DNA from: an uncultured Actinomycetes bacterium
Lineage (GTDB): Bacteria > Actinomycetota > UBA4738 > HRBIN12
Direction of reading: 5' to 3'
DNA: 64,000 nucleotides
Assembly (NCBI GenBank): GCA_963704885.1
Contig: CAVPIB010000004.1
Coordinates: forward strand, 768,001 to 832,000
How positions within the stretch are numbered: the stretch's first letter is position 1; each line of letters begins with the position of its first letter. The notes under the pieces are model-generated. The model saw only the letters and a list, made by a program, of their open reading frames with translations. It did no database searches and was not told the origin of the DNA. Positions 10,148 to 21,762 of this stretch are shown here, piece by piece. A program made the position numbers and the translations under genes.

Positions 10148-13026
10148 GTGGTGGACACAGCTGAAGCGAACACGCCGGGCCTCGGGGCTGCGGCGTGACG
10201 CGATCCTCGAGGCGGTGGCGTTCGCCGCGGAGCAGCTGTTGCTCTCCGCGGACTGGAGTGACGCCGCCGAGGGAGTGCTTGCCCGCTTGGGGGTCTCCGC
10301 GGGCGTCTCTCGCGCCTACATCATGCGCAGCGTCGTTATCGAGGGCCGGGACTGTGTGGAGCAGCTCGCGGAATGGTGCGCGCCCGGCATCTCGTCTCAG
10401 TTCGCGAACCCCGACCTGGCGGGTGGACCGTGGGAGGACCTCGGGTTCGATCGATGGGTGGAGCTGCTACGCCACGGTGAGCTGATCCAGTCGCGCGTGC
10501 AGGATCTCCCGCTCGTGGAGCGAGCCGAACTCCAGAGCCAAGACATCTTGTCGATCGCGGTATTCCCGGTCGCCGTCGACGGCGGATGGTGGGGGCTTAT
10601 CGGGTTCGACGACTGCGAGGAAGCGCGAGACTGGTCGGGAGCCGAACTGGACGCCCTCCGCGCCGCCGCCACGGTGCTCGGCGCCGCGATCCACCGCGAT
10701 CGTGCGGGAGAACGAGCCCTGGCGAACGAGACCGAGTACCGGGCATTCGTGGAACAGATCCCGGCCGTGACATACACGGACGTCTTGATCGACGGCCGGG
10801 CGCAGATCGACTACATCAGCCCGCAGGTCGAGATCCTGCTGGGATACCCGCGCCAGGCGTTCCGAGACGATCCCGACTTCTGGTTCTCGATCGTCCACCC
10901 CGACGACCGCGAACGGATCGAGCGAGCCGCCTCACAGGAACATGCGGAGTTCGACACCGAGTACCGCATGATCGCGGCCGACGGCCGGGTCGTATGGGTC
11001 CACGACATGTCGGCCGCGATAGTCGACGACGGGGGCGAAACCACCGCATGGCAGGGATTCCTGGTGGATGTCACCGCTCGCCGCCAGGCCGAGGAGCGGT
11101 TCATCGAGAGCGAGCAGCGCTACCGGGCTCTGGTCGAGAACATCCCCGTGGTCGTCTACGCGGAGGCTCCCCGCAGCGTGGGGGGGCCGATGTACCTGAG
11201 CCCGCAGGTCGAGCAGGTCTTCGGATACGAGCCGGACACCTGGACCCAGACGCCCGGATTCTGGCGATCCCACGTGCATCCCGACGACCTCGAGCGGGTG
11301 CTCGCGGTGGACGCCGAGACCGACCGCACGCTCGAACCCTACTGCGTCGAGTACCGCTTCCGGGTCGCCGACGGCTCGTACCGCTGGATCCACGACGAAG
11401 CAGCGATGGTCCGCGACGAGGACGGCGCTCCGCTCTTCTGGCAGGGCGTGTTCATGGACATCACGTCGAGGAAGGGAGCCGAGGACCGGCTGCGCTCGGC
11501 CGAGGAACGCTACCGTGTGCTCGTCGAGCACATCCCAGCCGTCGTCTACGTGGAGCGTCAGGACGGTGATCCGGACGCCTTCTACATCAGTCCGCAGGTG
11601 GAACACGCCTTCGGGTACCCGGCCGAGGAATGGCGCCTGACCGACGACTTCTGGATCGATCATGTTCACCCTGATGACCGCCAGATGGTCGAGGCCGCCG
11701 ACGAGCGAACGAACGAGGAGTTGCGGACCTTCTCCCTGGACTACCGGTTCAAGGCGGCCGACGGTACCTGGCGGTGGGTCCACGACGAAGCGCTCGCCCT
11801 GAGGGAGGCAGACGGCACCGGCTACTGGCAGGGATTCATGCTCGACATCACCGAACGCAAGGAGGTCGAGGATCAGCTGCGGGAGGCCGAGCTCAAGTTC
11901 CGTACCATCGTGGAACAGAGCCAGGCCGTCTTCTACACGCGAGAGATCGATCCGAACGACCCAGCGCTGTCCCACACCACGTACATCGCGCCCGGGAACA
12001 CCGAGCTTGGTCGGCTACACCCTCGAGGATATCGAGCAGGATCCGGGTCTATGGCGCAGGATCGTTCACCCCGAGGATCGCGAGCGCGTGCTCGCGGCCG
12101 ACGCCGCCGGCAACACGGACGGTAGCGACGACTTCTCCTTGGAGTTCCGGATGATCCGAAAGGACGGGCGGATCGTGTGGGTCCAGGACGAGGCGACGCT
12201 CGTGCGGATACCCGGGAAGGCGCCTTACTGGCAGGGGTTCATGCTAGACGTGACCGAGCGCAAGCTCGCGGAGGAACAGCTGGCTCGCGCACTCGACGTG
12301 GAACGGGAGGCCGCGCAGCGACTCAGATCCGTCGACGAGCTGAAGAACACGTTCCTCCAGGCGGTCTCCCACGACCTTCGGACCCCGCTCGCAGCGATCC
12401 TGGGCCTGGCGATCACGCTCGAGCGCGGTGACATCCACCTGGCGGAGGACGACGCGCGGGACCTCGCCAGGCGGATCGCCGACAACGCCCGCAAGCTGGA
12501 ACGGATGGTCACCAACCTCCTGGACATGGATCGACTGGCCCGCGGCATCGTCTCGCCCAAGCTGGGCGCCACCGATGTCGGCGAGCTGGTCCGGCGGGTG
12601 GTGGCCGAGTCCGACATGATCGAGCCCTCGCGCGTGACGGTCGATACGGATCCCGTAACGATCGAGGTGGACGCCGCGAAGATCGAGCGGATCGTCGAGA
12701 ACCTGTTGGCGAACACGGCGCGGCACACCCCGTCGAACGCACACGTTTGGGTTAGCGTTCGGCGCTACGAAGGTGGCGCTCTCATCGTCGTTGAGGACAG
12801 CGGTGTGGGAGTGCCCCCCGAGCTACGCGAAACGATCTTCGAGCCGTTCCGGCAGGGTCCCGAGGCGCCCCAGCACTCGCCCGGCGTGGGCGTGGGCCTC
12901 ACGCTGGTGCGGCGATTCGCCGAGCTCCACGGCGGACGCGCGTGGATCGAAGAGCGCGAGGGCGGAGGCGCGTCGTTCAGGGTATTCCTACCCCCTGGCG
13001 GACCCGAGGCAGCTGAGATCGCCTAA
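10148..13026 (+). CDS. Sensor histidine kinase with GAF and four PAS/PAC domains; frameshifts near the start and at about 12007
   Basis: GAF (WWGLIGFDDC), four repeats of Y.SPQ/..HPDD..EYR..W..D..WQG..DIT, HisKA SHDLRTPL, HATPase ENLLAN, DSGVG and GVGLT. Confidence 0.88.
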
Positions 13027-13054
13027 GTGCCAGCGGAGCGAGTGGGGCCAAGTC

Positions 13055-13381
13055 TCAGAGGGCGGCCCAGCCGGCCACGATCGGGTGATCGACCGCAGCG
13101 GGCCCAACCTGGGCGGCACCGCCCGGCGAACCGAGACCGCTGACGTCGTCGTTGAAGAACTCGGCGTTGATCGGAGTGAACTGCTTCCACTCGGCCGGGA
13201 CGTCGTCCTCGTAGAAGATCGCGGTCACCGGGCAGGCCGGCTCGCAGGCGCCGCAGTCGACGCACTCGTCGGGCTGGATGTAGAGCATCCGGGGACCTTC
13301 GTAGATGCAATCGACCGGACACTCGTCGACGCACGCGCGGTCCAACACGTCGATGCAAGGCTCTGCGATCGTGTAGGTCAT
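13055..13381 (-). CDS. Ferredoxin (actinobacterial FdxA/FdxC-type, 7Fe)
   Basis: MTYTIAEPCIDVLDRACVDECPVDCIYEG...ECVDCGACEPACP. Confidence 0.93.
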   Translation of the reverse strand: MTYTIAEPCIDVLDRACVDECPVDCIYEGPRMLYIQPDECVDCGACEPACPVTAIFYEDDVPAEWKQFTPINAEFFNDDVSGLGSPGGAAQVGPAAVDHPIVAGWAAL

Positions 13382-13464
13382 CCGATTTACCCCTTTTCCA
13401 CGGTGTCGGCCTAACAAACCCAAGTGTACGGGATGCGAAGCGTCCTGCAACCTCCCGCCCGCGG

Positions 13465-14415
13465 TCAGTCCGGGGCCAGGGCGCGCAGGGTCTGGGCGGC
13501 AGATCCGGCGGGATCTTCCGACGTCACGACCGGGTACACCACGGGCAGGTCGGCGCCCGCGTCGCGGAACGCCTTCAGGCGCGCCCTGGCGCCGGCGACG
13601 TCACCGCTCAAGCAGATCTGGCGGATCAAAGCCTCGGGAACATCCTCGGGACGCCCTGCCGTGAAGGCGGTGGCGGCGGCTCTCGCCAGATCGCCGAGCC
13701 CCATCGATGCGTACTGCCGCGCGTACGCAGGGAAGGACGCATACTCCCCGATCGCGGCCTGCAAGGCGCCGAACGCGGCAGCCTCGTCGGATCCCAAGCT
13801 GGCGCGAACGTAGACGGCGATCGTGACCCTGGCCGGATCGCGACCGGCGGCCTCGGCGGCCTCACGCACCTCGGCGCGCGCCGTAGCCACGCGTTCGGGG
13901 ATGCAGCAGTTGAGCAGGACCCCGTCGGCGATCTCCCCGGCCAACCTGACGGCTCTGGGCCCGAGTGCCGAGATCCAGATCGAGACCGGGTGCTCCGGCA
14001 CGAGCGACAGCTGCCGCGTCCGGCCATCGATCTGAACCGACTCGCCCGCGAACAGCCTCCGAAGAAGTGCGATCAGCTCCCGCAGGCGACCGAGCGCCCC
14101 TGCCACCGCCGGACCGGTTCCCAAGCCGAGGAGCAGGCGTCCGCCGGAGCGTTCTTGGACGCTCGCGGCCGCCATGGCGCTGAGCATCGGACTCCGGGAG
14201 GTCATGGGGATGATGCCGGAGCCGAGCAGGAGCCGGTCGGTGGACCCGGCCAGAGCGCCCAGGGCAACCAGGGCATCCCGACCGAAGATCTCCGGCAAGA
14301 AGACGGCCGTGTATCCCTTGGACTCACACTCCACCACCAAGCCCTCGAACGTCTCCCAAGGGAGCGGATCGCGGAGCGCGAACCCTGTGTCTCGTAGTTG
14401 TCGAGCGTCTGTCAC
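13465..14415 (-). CDS. LLM-class flavin/F420-dependent oxidoreductase
   Basis: LLLGSGI, SGGRLLLGLGTG and ALGPRAVRLAGEIADG motifs; start GTG 14415 or ATG 14424. Confidence 0.85.
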   Translation of the reverse strand: MTDARQLRDTGFALRDPLPWETFEGLVVECESKGYTAVFLPEIFGRDALVALGALAGSTDRLLLGSGIIPMTSRSPMLSAMAAASVQERSGGRLLLGLGTGPAVAGALGRLRELIALLRRLFAGESVQIDGRTRQLSLVPEHPVSIWISALGPRAVRLAGEIADGVLLNCCIPERVATARAEVREAAEAAGRDPARVTIAVYVRASLGSDEAAAFGALQAAIGEYASFPAYARQYASMGLGDLARAAATAFTAGRPEDVPEALIRQICLSGDVAGARARLKAFRDAGADLPVVYPVVTSEDPAGSAAQTLRALAPD

Positions 14416-14434
14416 GGCTGACATGGTGCCACGT

Positions 14435-15097
14435 GTGGAACCGATCACGTTCTCGACCGCGGATGCCGTTCGGCTGGAGGGAGAGATCCGGCTCCCCGAA
14501 GGCGCCACGCGTGGTTCGGCCGTGGTGTGCCATCCACATCCGCGACACGGCGGGAGCAAGGACCACCCCATCCTGTGGGCCGTCCGCAACGAGCTCTCTC
14601 ACCGAGGTCTCGCGGTGCTCGGGTTCAACTTCCGTGGTGTCATGGGTTCCGAAGGGACGTATGGGGGCGGACATGCCGAGATCCGCGACACGCACGCTGC
14701 CGTAGGGCGGATCAGGCAGGAGGCACCGGATCTGCCGACCGTGGTCTGCGGATGGTCGTTCGGTGCGAACGTGGCGTTGAGGGAGGCGCTCGACGACGAT
14801 CGCGTCGCAGCCCTGGCGTTGATCGGCATGCCGCTGCGGCCCGGTGACGTCGAGCTTCCGGCCCCGCCTCAGGCGGACGCGCTCGGCGCGCTCGGTGTGC
14901 CGGTGCTCCTACTGGCGGGCGAGCGCGATGAGTTCTGTCCGAGCGAGGACCTGCGGGCCTTCGGCGATCGCTTCCGGGCGGCTCGGGTGGAGATCCTCGC
15001 GGACACGGACCATTTCCTGTGGCGTCACGAGCGCAAAGCCGCGGCCCTGATCGGCGGGTTCGTCGACTCCGTTCTTGGCGGACCAGCGTCGGGTTAG
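14435..15097 (+). CDS. Alpha/beta hydrolase
   Basis: CHPHPRHGGSKD, FNFRGVMGSEG, GWSFG nucleophile, GERDEF and DHF. Confidence 0.88.
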   Translation: MEPITFSTADAVRLEGEIRLPEGATRGSAVVCHPHPRHGGSKDHPILWAVRNELSHRGLAVLGFNFRGVMGSEGTYGGGHAEIRDTHAAVGRIRQEAPDLPTVVCGWSFGANVALREALDDDRVAALALIGMPLRPGDVELPAPPQADALGALGVPVLLLAGERDEFCPSEDLRAFGDRFRAARVEILADTDHFLWRHERKAAALIGGFVDSVLGGPASG

Positions 15098-15465
15098 ACC
15101 GGCCCTTCGCGCTTGGCGTGCCCGTTGGAACGAGGATCCATGGTCTGTGGCTTCGATCTGGACCCCCACACGAAAGGCATGAACAGGAGGACGCCGCCGA
15201 AGAACCCGGGCCACACCAGCCAGCCCAGCAGGACGCAAGCTGTTGAGATGCCCACCCAGATCCAGGGAGTGGACCACCAGGGGCGAGGGACGGGCTGGGC
15301 GTCGCGTGGCGGCGTAACGATGTCGGGCTCGACCAGTCGTGCAGCGCGGCGCATCGCCGCTCGGTCCATACGCCATCGGCGACGCAGCAGCAGCACGGAC
15401 CCGATGGACAGCGCCGCCAGGACCACGAAAGGCAGGGCGACGTAGAGCAGATCCCCGCGATCCAC
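15094..15465 (-). CDS. Hypothetical membrane protein
   Basis: Two to three hydrophobic segments; stop overlaps the convergent hydrolase stop. Confidence 0.6.
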   Translation of the reverse strand: MDRGDLLYVALPFVVLAALSIGSVLLLRRRWRMDRAAMRRAARLVEPDIVTPPRDAQPVPRPWWSTPWIWVGISTACVLLGWLVWPGFFGGVLLFMPFVWGSRSKPQTMDPRSNGHAKREGPV

Positions 15466-15492
15466 GACCTCAGCGTACGCCGGGCGTGAGGC

Positions 15493-15609
15493 TCAACGCT
15501 TCCCGGTCTGGCGCCATCGGTCGCCCCAGGTGGACCACGAGCGGACCATCCGGGCGATGGCGAGAACCGCCAGCGCCAGCAACGCGAGGACGCCGAGCCA
15601 GACGGCCAT
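15493..15609 (-). CDS. Putative 38-aa single-TM small protein, absent from the ORF track
   Basis: MAVWLGVLALLALAVLAIARMVRSWSTWGDRWRQTGKR*; starts 4 nt after the aldehyde dehydrogenase stop. Confidence 0.45.
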   Translation of the reverse strand: MAVWLGVLALLALAVLAIARMVRSWSTWGDRWRQTGKR

Positions 15610-15613
15610 CGAT

Positions 15614-17041
15614 CTACAGCGGCACGTGGGACATGACCATGATCCGCTGCTCGGTCATCTCTTCCATCGCGAAGCGCAGACCCTCACGGCCGAAGCCGCT
15701 CTCCTTGGACCCTCCGTAAGGCATCTGGTCCGCACGGAACGCCGAGACATCGTTGATGATCACGCCGCCGACCTCGAGCGTCCGGTGCGCCTCGAACGCG
15801 CGGTTGATGTCGTTCGTGAAGACGCCGGCCTGCAGGCCGTACTTCGAGTCGTTCACGACCGCCAATGCCTCTTCGAACGTCTGGTACGGGCTGATCGTGA
15901 CGACCGGGCCGAAGATCTCTTCCTTGCAGACCTTCATCTCGGGGTTCACCTCTGACAGCAGCGTCGGTGAGAAGAACGGTCCCTCGCCGGTGCCCCCGGT
16001 AAGGAGCTCCGCGCCCTGCGAGACGGCCTCGGAGACCCACTCGCCGATCCGTGTGACCTCGCCTTTGTCGATCACCGGTCCCACGTCCACCGTCGGATCC
16101 ATGGGGTCGCCGACCTTCAGGCTCTCGACCTGCTTGACCAAGCGCGTCGTGAACTCGTCGTAGACCTCGCTCGCGACCAGGACGCGTTGGACGCTGATGC
16201 AGCTCTGCCCGGCCTGGTAGTAGCCGCCGAACGCGATGCGCGCGGCCGCATTGTCCAGGTCGGCGTCGGAGTGCACGATCACGCCGGCGTTGCCGCCGAG
16301 CTCGAGCGTCACCCGCTTCTTCGGGTCCAGGCTCTTCAGGTACCAGCCGATATCTGCAGAACCGGTGAACGAGATCTTCCGATAACGCTCGTCCCGCGCC
16401 ATGCCGTCGGCGACCTTCGAACGAACGGGGAGAACCTGGTACATCCCCTTCGGCAGGTCGGTCTCGGCGAAGAACTCAGCCAGGCGCAACGCGCCCACCG
16501 GCGTGGCGGACGCGGGCTTGACCACGATCGGGGCACCGACCGCGAGCGAGGGCGCCACCTTGTGGGCCACCAGGTTCAGCGGGAAGTTGAACGGGGTGAT
16601 GCCCAGCACCGGGCCGATCGGGAACCGCCGCAGCAGACCGATACGGGACCCGAGCGCGGCCTCGGTATCCAGGCGCATCAGCTCGTCGTCGCCGTGGCGG
16701 ATCACCTCGGATGCCCAGCGGAACGTGGAGACGGCCCGAGTCGCTTCGACCTTCGCCCACTTGAGCGGCTTGCCACCCTCGCGCGCGATCAGCTCGGCGT
16801 TCTCGTCGATCGTCTCGGACAGGCGCTTTGAGATGTGATCGAGAGCCTCTGAGCGCGCGTGCACCGGCAGGTGCTGCGAGGTCTTGAAGGTCTCGTGTGC
16901 CGTGGCCGCGGCCTCCTCGACATCGGCCTCGGTGGGGACGCCGATCTCGGCCACGACGCTGTCGTCGAACGGACTCTTGACCTCGAACGTGCCTTCGCCG
17001 GTCCGCCAGTCGCCGTTCACCAGGAATGGTCTCACCTCCAT
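15614..17041 (-). CDS. Aldehyde dehydrogenase family protein
   Basis: ITPFNFP, KPAS, SFTGS, LELGGN, GQSCIS and EEIFGPV motifs. Confidence 0.92.
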   Translation of the reverse strand: MEVRPFLVNGDWRTGEGTFEVKSPFDDSVVAEIGVPTEADVEEAAATAHETFKTSQHLPVHARSEALDHISKRLSETIDENAELIAREGGKPLKWAKVEATRAVSTFRWASEVIRHGDDELMRLDTEAALGSRIGLLRRFPIGPVLGITPFNFPLNLVAHKVAPSLAVGAPIVVKPASATPVGALRLAEFFAETDLPKGMYQVLPVRSKVADGMARDERYRKISFTGSADIGWYLKSLDPKKRVTLELGGNAGVIVHSDADLDNAAARIAFGGYYQAGQSCISVQRVLVASEVYDEFTTRLVKQVESLKVGDPMDPTVDVGPVIDKGEVTRIGEWVSEAVSQGAELLTGGTGEGPFFSPTLLSEVNPEMKVCKEEIFGPVVTISPYQTFEEALAVVNDSKYGLQAGVFTNDINRAFEAHRTLEVGGVIINDVSAFRADQMPYGGSKESGFGREGLRFAMEEMTEQRIMVMSHVPL

Positions 17042-17092
17042 GCTGCCCTCACACCTCCGTCCGTACGGCCGACTATTCTGGCTCAGACTAGA

Positions 17093-18532
17093 TCAGTCGA
17101 GCGACCACATGACGTGCTTTATCTGCGTGTAGTCCTCGAGCGAATACATCGACATGTCCTTACCGTACCCGCTCTGCTTGTAGCCACCGTGCGGCATCTC
17201 CGGCGAGATCATGAAGTGCGTATTCACCCACACCGCGCCGAACTGGAGGCGCCGCGCTACACGAGCGGCCCTGGCAGCGTCGCGCGTCCAGACCGACGAC
17301 GCGAGGCCGTAGACCACGTCGTTCGCCCACGTCACGGCCTCTTCCTCGTCGTTGAACCGCTGCACCGTGACGACGGGACCGAACACCTCCTGCTGGATGA
17401 TCTCCGCCTTCTGGTCGTCCACGGTCACGACCGTCGGCTTGTAGTAGGCGCCCGGTCCTTCCACCGGTTCGCCGCCCGTCAACACCTTGCCGCCGGCCGT
17501 CTGGGCCCGGTCGACGAACCCCGCGACGCTCTCTCGTTGCTTCGCGGACACGAGCGGCCCCATCTCGACGGACTCGTCGGTGATGTCGCCAACCTTGATC
17601 GACTCCACGGCCGGCACGAGCTCGGCGAGCAGGTCCTCGTAGATCCCGGATCCCGCCACGACCCGGCACGAGGAGGTGCAGTCCTGGCCGGTGTTCGTGT
17701 AGCCGGCGAACTTCAGGGTCTCGACCAGCTTGGATACGTCGGCATCGTCGAACACGACGACCGGAGCCTTGCCGCCCAGCTCGAGGTGGACCCGCTTCAC
17801 CGTGTCCGCGGCGGCGCCCATGATGATCTTGCCTGTGGACGTGTCGCCGGTTACGGAGACGAGACGCACGTCGGGGTTGCGCACGAGCTGGTCCCCGATC
17901 TCCGACCCGTGACCGGTGATCACGTTGATCACTCCCGGCGGGAAGATGTCCGAGGCGAGCTCCCCCAGACGGAGCGCCGTGCGCGGCGTGATCTCGGCGG
18001 GCTTGATGACCGACGTGTTCCCGGCGGCGAGCGCAGGGCCGATCTTCCAAGCCACCATCATCAACGGGTAGTTCCACGGGCAGATGCCGACCGTGACCCC
18101 CAGCGGCTCGCGGCGGATCATGCTCGTGAAGCCACGCTCGTACTCGCCGGTGGACTTGCCCTCCTGCACCCGCGCCGCGCCGGCGAAGAACCGCAGGTTG
18201 TCGGTGATGAAGGGGATGTCGGCCGCCGACACGGAGATCGGCTTGCCCACGTCCTCGGACTCGAGCAGCGCGAGGTTGTCGGCATCGGCGTCCATCGCGT
18301 CCGCGAGCTTCAGCATCATCGCTGCTCGCTCCTTCGGCGGCGTGTCGAACCACACCTCGTCGTAGGCCTTCTGAGCAGCGGCGACGGCGCGATCCGCGTC
18401 TTCCCGGGTCGCCACCTGCACCGTGGCGACGGCTTGGTCGGTCGCGGGGTTGATGTCGGGCTCCGTCTCTCCCCTGCCCGAGTCCACCCACTCGCCGCCG
18501 ATGAGCATCTGCCAGGTCTTTCCGTCGGCCAT
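17093..18532 (-). CDS. patD: Gamma-aminobutyraldehyde dehydrogenase (PatD-like)
   Basis: [42 protein letters not shown] and [23 protein letters not shown]. Confidence 0.8.
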   Translation of the reverse strand: MADGKTWQMLIGGEWVDSGRGETEPDINPATDQAVATVQVATREDADRAVAAAQKAYDEVWFDTPPKERAAMMLKLADAMDADADNLALLESEDVGKPISVSAADIPFITDNLRFFAGAARVQEGKSTGEYERGFTSMIRREPLGVTVGICPWNYPLMMVAWKIGPALAAGNTSVIKPAEITPRTALRLGELASDIFPPGVINVITGHGSEIGDQLVRNPDVRLVSVTGDTSTGKIIMGAAADTVKRVHLELGGKAPVVVFDDADVSKLVETLKFAGYTNTGQDCTSSCRVVAGSGIYEDLLAELVPAVESIKVGDITDESVEMGPLVSAKQRESVAGFVDRAQTAGGKVLTGGEPVEGPGAYYKPTVVTVDDQKAEIIQQEVFGPVVTVQRFNDEEEAVTWANDVVYGLASSVWTRDAARAARVARRLQFGAVWVNTHFMISPEMPHGGYKQSGYGKDMSMYSLEDYTQIKHVMWSLD

Positions 18533-18776
18533 GCTTCCCTCACCTCCGTCTCGGAGCACGAACGCCGCATGGAACGGCGCGGACGCCGCCAGTATGCCGC
18601 TTCGGCGCCGAACCAGGATACTCATAGCTCGGTTCTCCTCCTTCACCCGCGAGCGACTTCCTCACTCGAGGCCGAGCCGGATCCCCGCGCCTGCCGAAGC
18701 CATACAGGGGTAGCCTGGAGCCATCGAACTCGACGCCCAGCCGCGTGGACGCGACGCCACGGAGGAGGAGACCCAT

Positions 18777-20114
18777 ATGGACATCCCGCAGGAGCGGAAG
18801 GTTGTCACCGAGATCCCCGGGGCGCGGTCCCTCGAGTGGATCGCTCGCCGGGCGGGGGCCATGCCGTCTGGATTCCCGACGATCCATCAGATCGTGGCCG
18901 CGCGCGCCTCGGGTGCCATCGTGGAGGACGTCGATGGGAACCGGCTGATCGACTTCGCCACCGGCATCGCGGTCCTGAACGTCGGCCACAGCGCGGACGA
19001 CGTGATCACGGCCGTCGAACGTCAGTTGGAGCGCGACACCCACACCTCCGGCGTGACCGCGAACGAGCCATCCATCGAGCTGGCCGAGAGGCTGAACGCT
19101 CTCACTCCCGGCGACTTCCCCAAGAAGACGTTCTTCGCCAACTCCGGCGCGGAGGCGGTGGAGAACGCCGTGAAGATCGCGCGCTACGCGACCGGCAGGC
19201 AGGCGATCATCTGCTTCGACCACGCGTTCCACGGGCGCACCCTCTTGGCGATGTCGCTCACCGCCAAGGTGATGCCGTACAAGCAGGGCTTCGGGCCGTT
19301 CGCGCCCGAGATCTACCGGCTGCCGTTCGCCTACCCGTACCGCTGGCCGGGCGGGGCTGAGCGTTGCGCGGAGGAGGCGCTCGCCTACGCGCTCGACGAG
19401 ATGCACAAGCACATCGGCGAACAGAACATCGCCGCCGTGATCGTGGAGCCTATCCAGGGCGAGGGCGGGTTCATCGTTCCCGCGCCCGGGTTCTTGAAGG
19501 GCCTGTCGGACTTCTGCACGGAGCACGGGATCGTGTTCGTGGCCGACGAGATCCAATGCGGCATGGGGCGGGCCGGACGCTGGTACGCGATCGAGGACGA
19601 GGGCGTCGTGCCGGACCTGGTTACCACCGCCAAGTCCTTGGGCGCGGGCTTCCCGATCTCGGCGGTGACCGGTCGCGCCGAACTGATGGACGCCGTGCAT
19701 CCGGGGGGACTCGGTGGGACGTATTCGACCAACCCGGTGGCCGCTGCCGCCGGCTTGGCCGTGCTGGACAAGATCGAGCGCGAGGGACTCCTGGAACGCT
19801 CTCGGGCGCTCGGCGACACGATCATGGCGCGATTCCGGTCCTTCGCGGACCGCTATCCGGTCGTGGGAGACGTGCGAGGACGCGGGGCCATGTGCGCGAT
19901 CGAGCTGGTGAGCGACCGGGCGACCAAGGAACCGCTCGGCGCCGACGCCATGAACGCGATCACCCGTCGGTGCCTGGAGAACGGCGTCATCGTGATCACC
20001 GCAGGAACCTACGGGAACGTCGTCCGCCTGCTGCCACCCCTCATCATCGACGACGCGCTGCTGGAGGACGGCCTGGACGTGCTGGACGACGCGATCGGGG
20101 CGGTAACGCCCTAG
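18777..20114 (+). CDS. gabT: 4-aminobutyrate aminotransferase (class III)
   Basis: DVDGNRLIDF, NSGAEAVENAVKIAR, FHGRTLL, EPIQGEGG, ADEIQ, TAKSL and GGLGGTY; strong RBS. Confidence 0.88.
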   Translation: MDIPQERKVVTEIPGARSLEWIARRAGAMPSGFPTIHQIVAARASGAIVEDVDGNRLIDFATGIAVLNVGHSADDVITAVERQLERDTHTSGVTANEPSIELAERLNALTPGDFPKKTFFANSGAEAVENAVKIARYATGRQAIICFDHAFHGRTLLAMSLTAKVMPYKQGFGPFAPEIYRLPFAYPYRWPGGAERCAEEALAYALDEMHKHIGEQNIAAVIVEPIQGEGGFIVPAPGFLKGLSDFCTEHGIVFVADEIQCGMGRAGRWYAIEDEGVVPDLVTTAKSLGAGFPISAVTGRAELMDAVHPGGLGGTYSTNPVAAAAGLAVLDKIEREGLLERSRALGDTIMARFRSFADRYPVVGDVRGRGAMCAIELVSDRATKEPLGADAMNAITRRCLENGVIVITAGTYGNVVRLLPPLIIDDALLEDGLDVLDDAIGAVTP

Positions 20115-20156
20115 GGTCGCCGGGACCTGCCCACAGGGAGTTGCTAACGTCCGGGC

Positions 20157-21440
20157 GTGACGGCGCCCGCGGACGGCTCTGACCCCCCAGGTCGCGACTC
20201 CCGGCTGCGCCGGATCACGATCGATCTGACTCCGCTGCGCGTGTCCCGCGACTACCGGCTCCTCCTGGCCGGCAGCTTCACGTCGGAGCTCGGTTACCAG
20301 TTCGCCCGTATCGCTATCTATGTGCAGGTCACCGAGCTGACCGGCTCGGCGGCCGCCGTCGGCCTTGTGGGCCTCATCAGCCTGATCGCGCTCTTCCTCG
20401 GAACGCTGGTAGGAGGGTCGTTCATCGACGTCCACGATCGACGGACGACGCTCGCGTGGGCACAGGTCGCCCAGACCCTCAGCGCCGCGATCCTCCTCGG
20501 TGGCGCGCTCCACGGCCACCCACCCATCGGTCTCATCTACGCCGCTGCGGCGCTGCACGCGTTCGTGGGATCGATCGACCAGCCGACTCGCTCGGCGATG
20601 GCTCCTCGATTGGTAGGCAAAGACCTATTGCCCTCAGCGGTGGCGCTCAACCAGGTGTTGTGGCAGACGATCGGGATCATCGGTCCGGCTCTCGCCGGGA
20701 TCGTGATCGCGAGAGCCGGTTTCGGGCTGGCGTACGGGATCGATCTGGTGACCTACGGCGCTCTCTTCGTGGCCGCCCTCCTGATGCGACCGATGCGACC
20801 GGAGCACGACCCCGAGGCAGCCACCGGATGGGGAGCCGTGAAGGAGGGCTTCCGCTACGTGCGCAAGAACCGGCTGATCAGCTCCACGTTCGTGATCGAC
20901 CTGATCGCGATGATCTTCGGCATGCCGCAGGCGCTGTTCACGTTCCTGGCGGTGTCCCAGTTCCACCGGGGGCCCGAGATCGTGGGACTGCTGTTCGCCG
21001 CACCCGCTGTGGGCGCGCTCGTGCAGGCACTCGCCGCAGGATGGGCGAAGAACTTGCGACGACAGGGAGTGGCGGTGATCTGGTCTGTCGCCGCGTGGGG
21101 GGGCGCGATCGCGGCGTTCGGGCTGGTCGGGTCGAACCTGCCCCTCGCGCTCTTCTTCTTGGCGATCGCCGGCGCTGCCGACGTGATCTCGGCGATCTTC
21201 CGGTCCACGATCACGCAGGTGAACACCCCGGACCGCCTGCGCGGCAGGATGTCCCAGATCTTCATCCTGGTCGTCACCGGCGGCCCACGTCTGGGGGACT
21301 TCGAAGCCGGCCTGGTGGCGACCTGGTTCACGCCGACGGTGTCGGTCATATCGGGCGGCCTGGCGTGCATCGTAGGTGCGGGCTTCGTCGCGGTCGTGTA
21401 CCCGGAGCTCAGACGCTATCGCGCGGACCAGGCCGCCTGA
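20157..21440 (+). CDS. MFS transporter (EntS/Transmembrane-secretion-effector-like)
   Basis: About 12 hydrophobic segments; D..DRR and PDRLRGR loops. Confidence 0.85.
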   Translation: MTAPADGSDPPGRDSRLRRITIDLTPLRVSRDYRLLLAGSFTSELGYQFARIAIYVQVTELTGSAAAVGLVGLISLIALFLGTLVGGSFIDVHDRRTTLAWAQVAQTLSAAILLGGALHGHPPIGLIYAAAALHAFVGSIDQPTRSAMAPRLVGKDLLPSAVALNQVLWQTIGIIGPALAGIVIARAGFGLAYGIDLVTYGALFVAALLMRPMRPEHDPEAATGWGAVKEGFRYVRKNRLISSTFVIDLIAMIFGMPQALFTFLAVSQFHRGPEIVGLLFAAPAVGALVQALAAGWAKNLRRQGVAVIWSVAAWGGAIAAFGLVGSNLPLALFFLAIAGAADVISAIFRSTITQVNTPDRLRGRMSQIFILVVTGGPRLGDFEAGLVATWFTPTVSVISGGLACIVGAGFVAVVYPELRRYRADQAA

Positions 21441-21455
21441 GATACGGTTCCGCCC

Positions 21456-21761
21456 ATGTCCCGGCTCACCGACGGAGAAGTCCGCGCCGCGCTGGCGCAA
21501 GGTCTCGATGGATGGACGTACGACGGTCGCGCGGTCAGCAAGGAGTACGTGTTCAAGGGGTTCATGGCGGCCATCGACTTCATCGATCGACTGGCGGAGC
21601 AGGCCCAGTCGGCGCGTCACCATCCCGACCTAGAGAATCACTACAACCGCGTGCTCGTGTCGCTCACCACACACGACGAAGGGGGCGTGACCGAGCAGGA
21701 CGTCGCGCTCGCACGGGCGATCGAGTCGGTGGCCGAACCCGCGGAGCCGAACCAGACCTGA
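21456..21761 (+). CDS. Pterin-4-alpha-carbinolamine dehydratase
   Basis: HHPDL..HYNRV.V.LTTHDEGGVT..D motif. Confidence 0.9.
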   Translation: MSRLTDGEVRAALAQGLDGWTYDGRAVSKEYVFKGFMAAIDFIDRLAEQAQSARHHPDLENHYNRVLVSLTTHDEGGVTEQDVALARAIESVAEPAEPNQT

Positions 21762-21762
21762 C

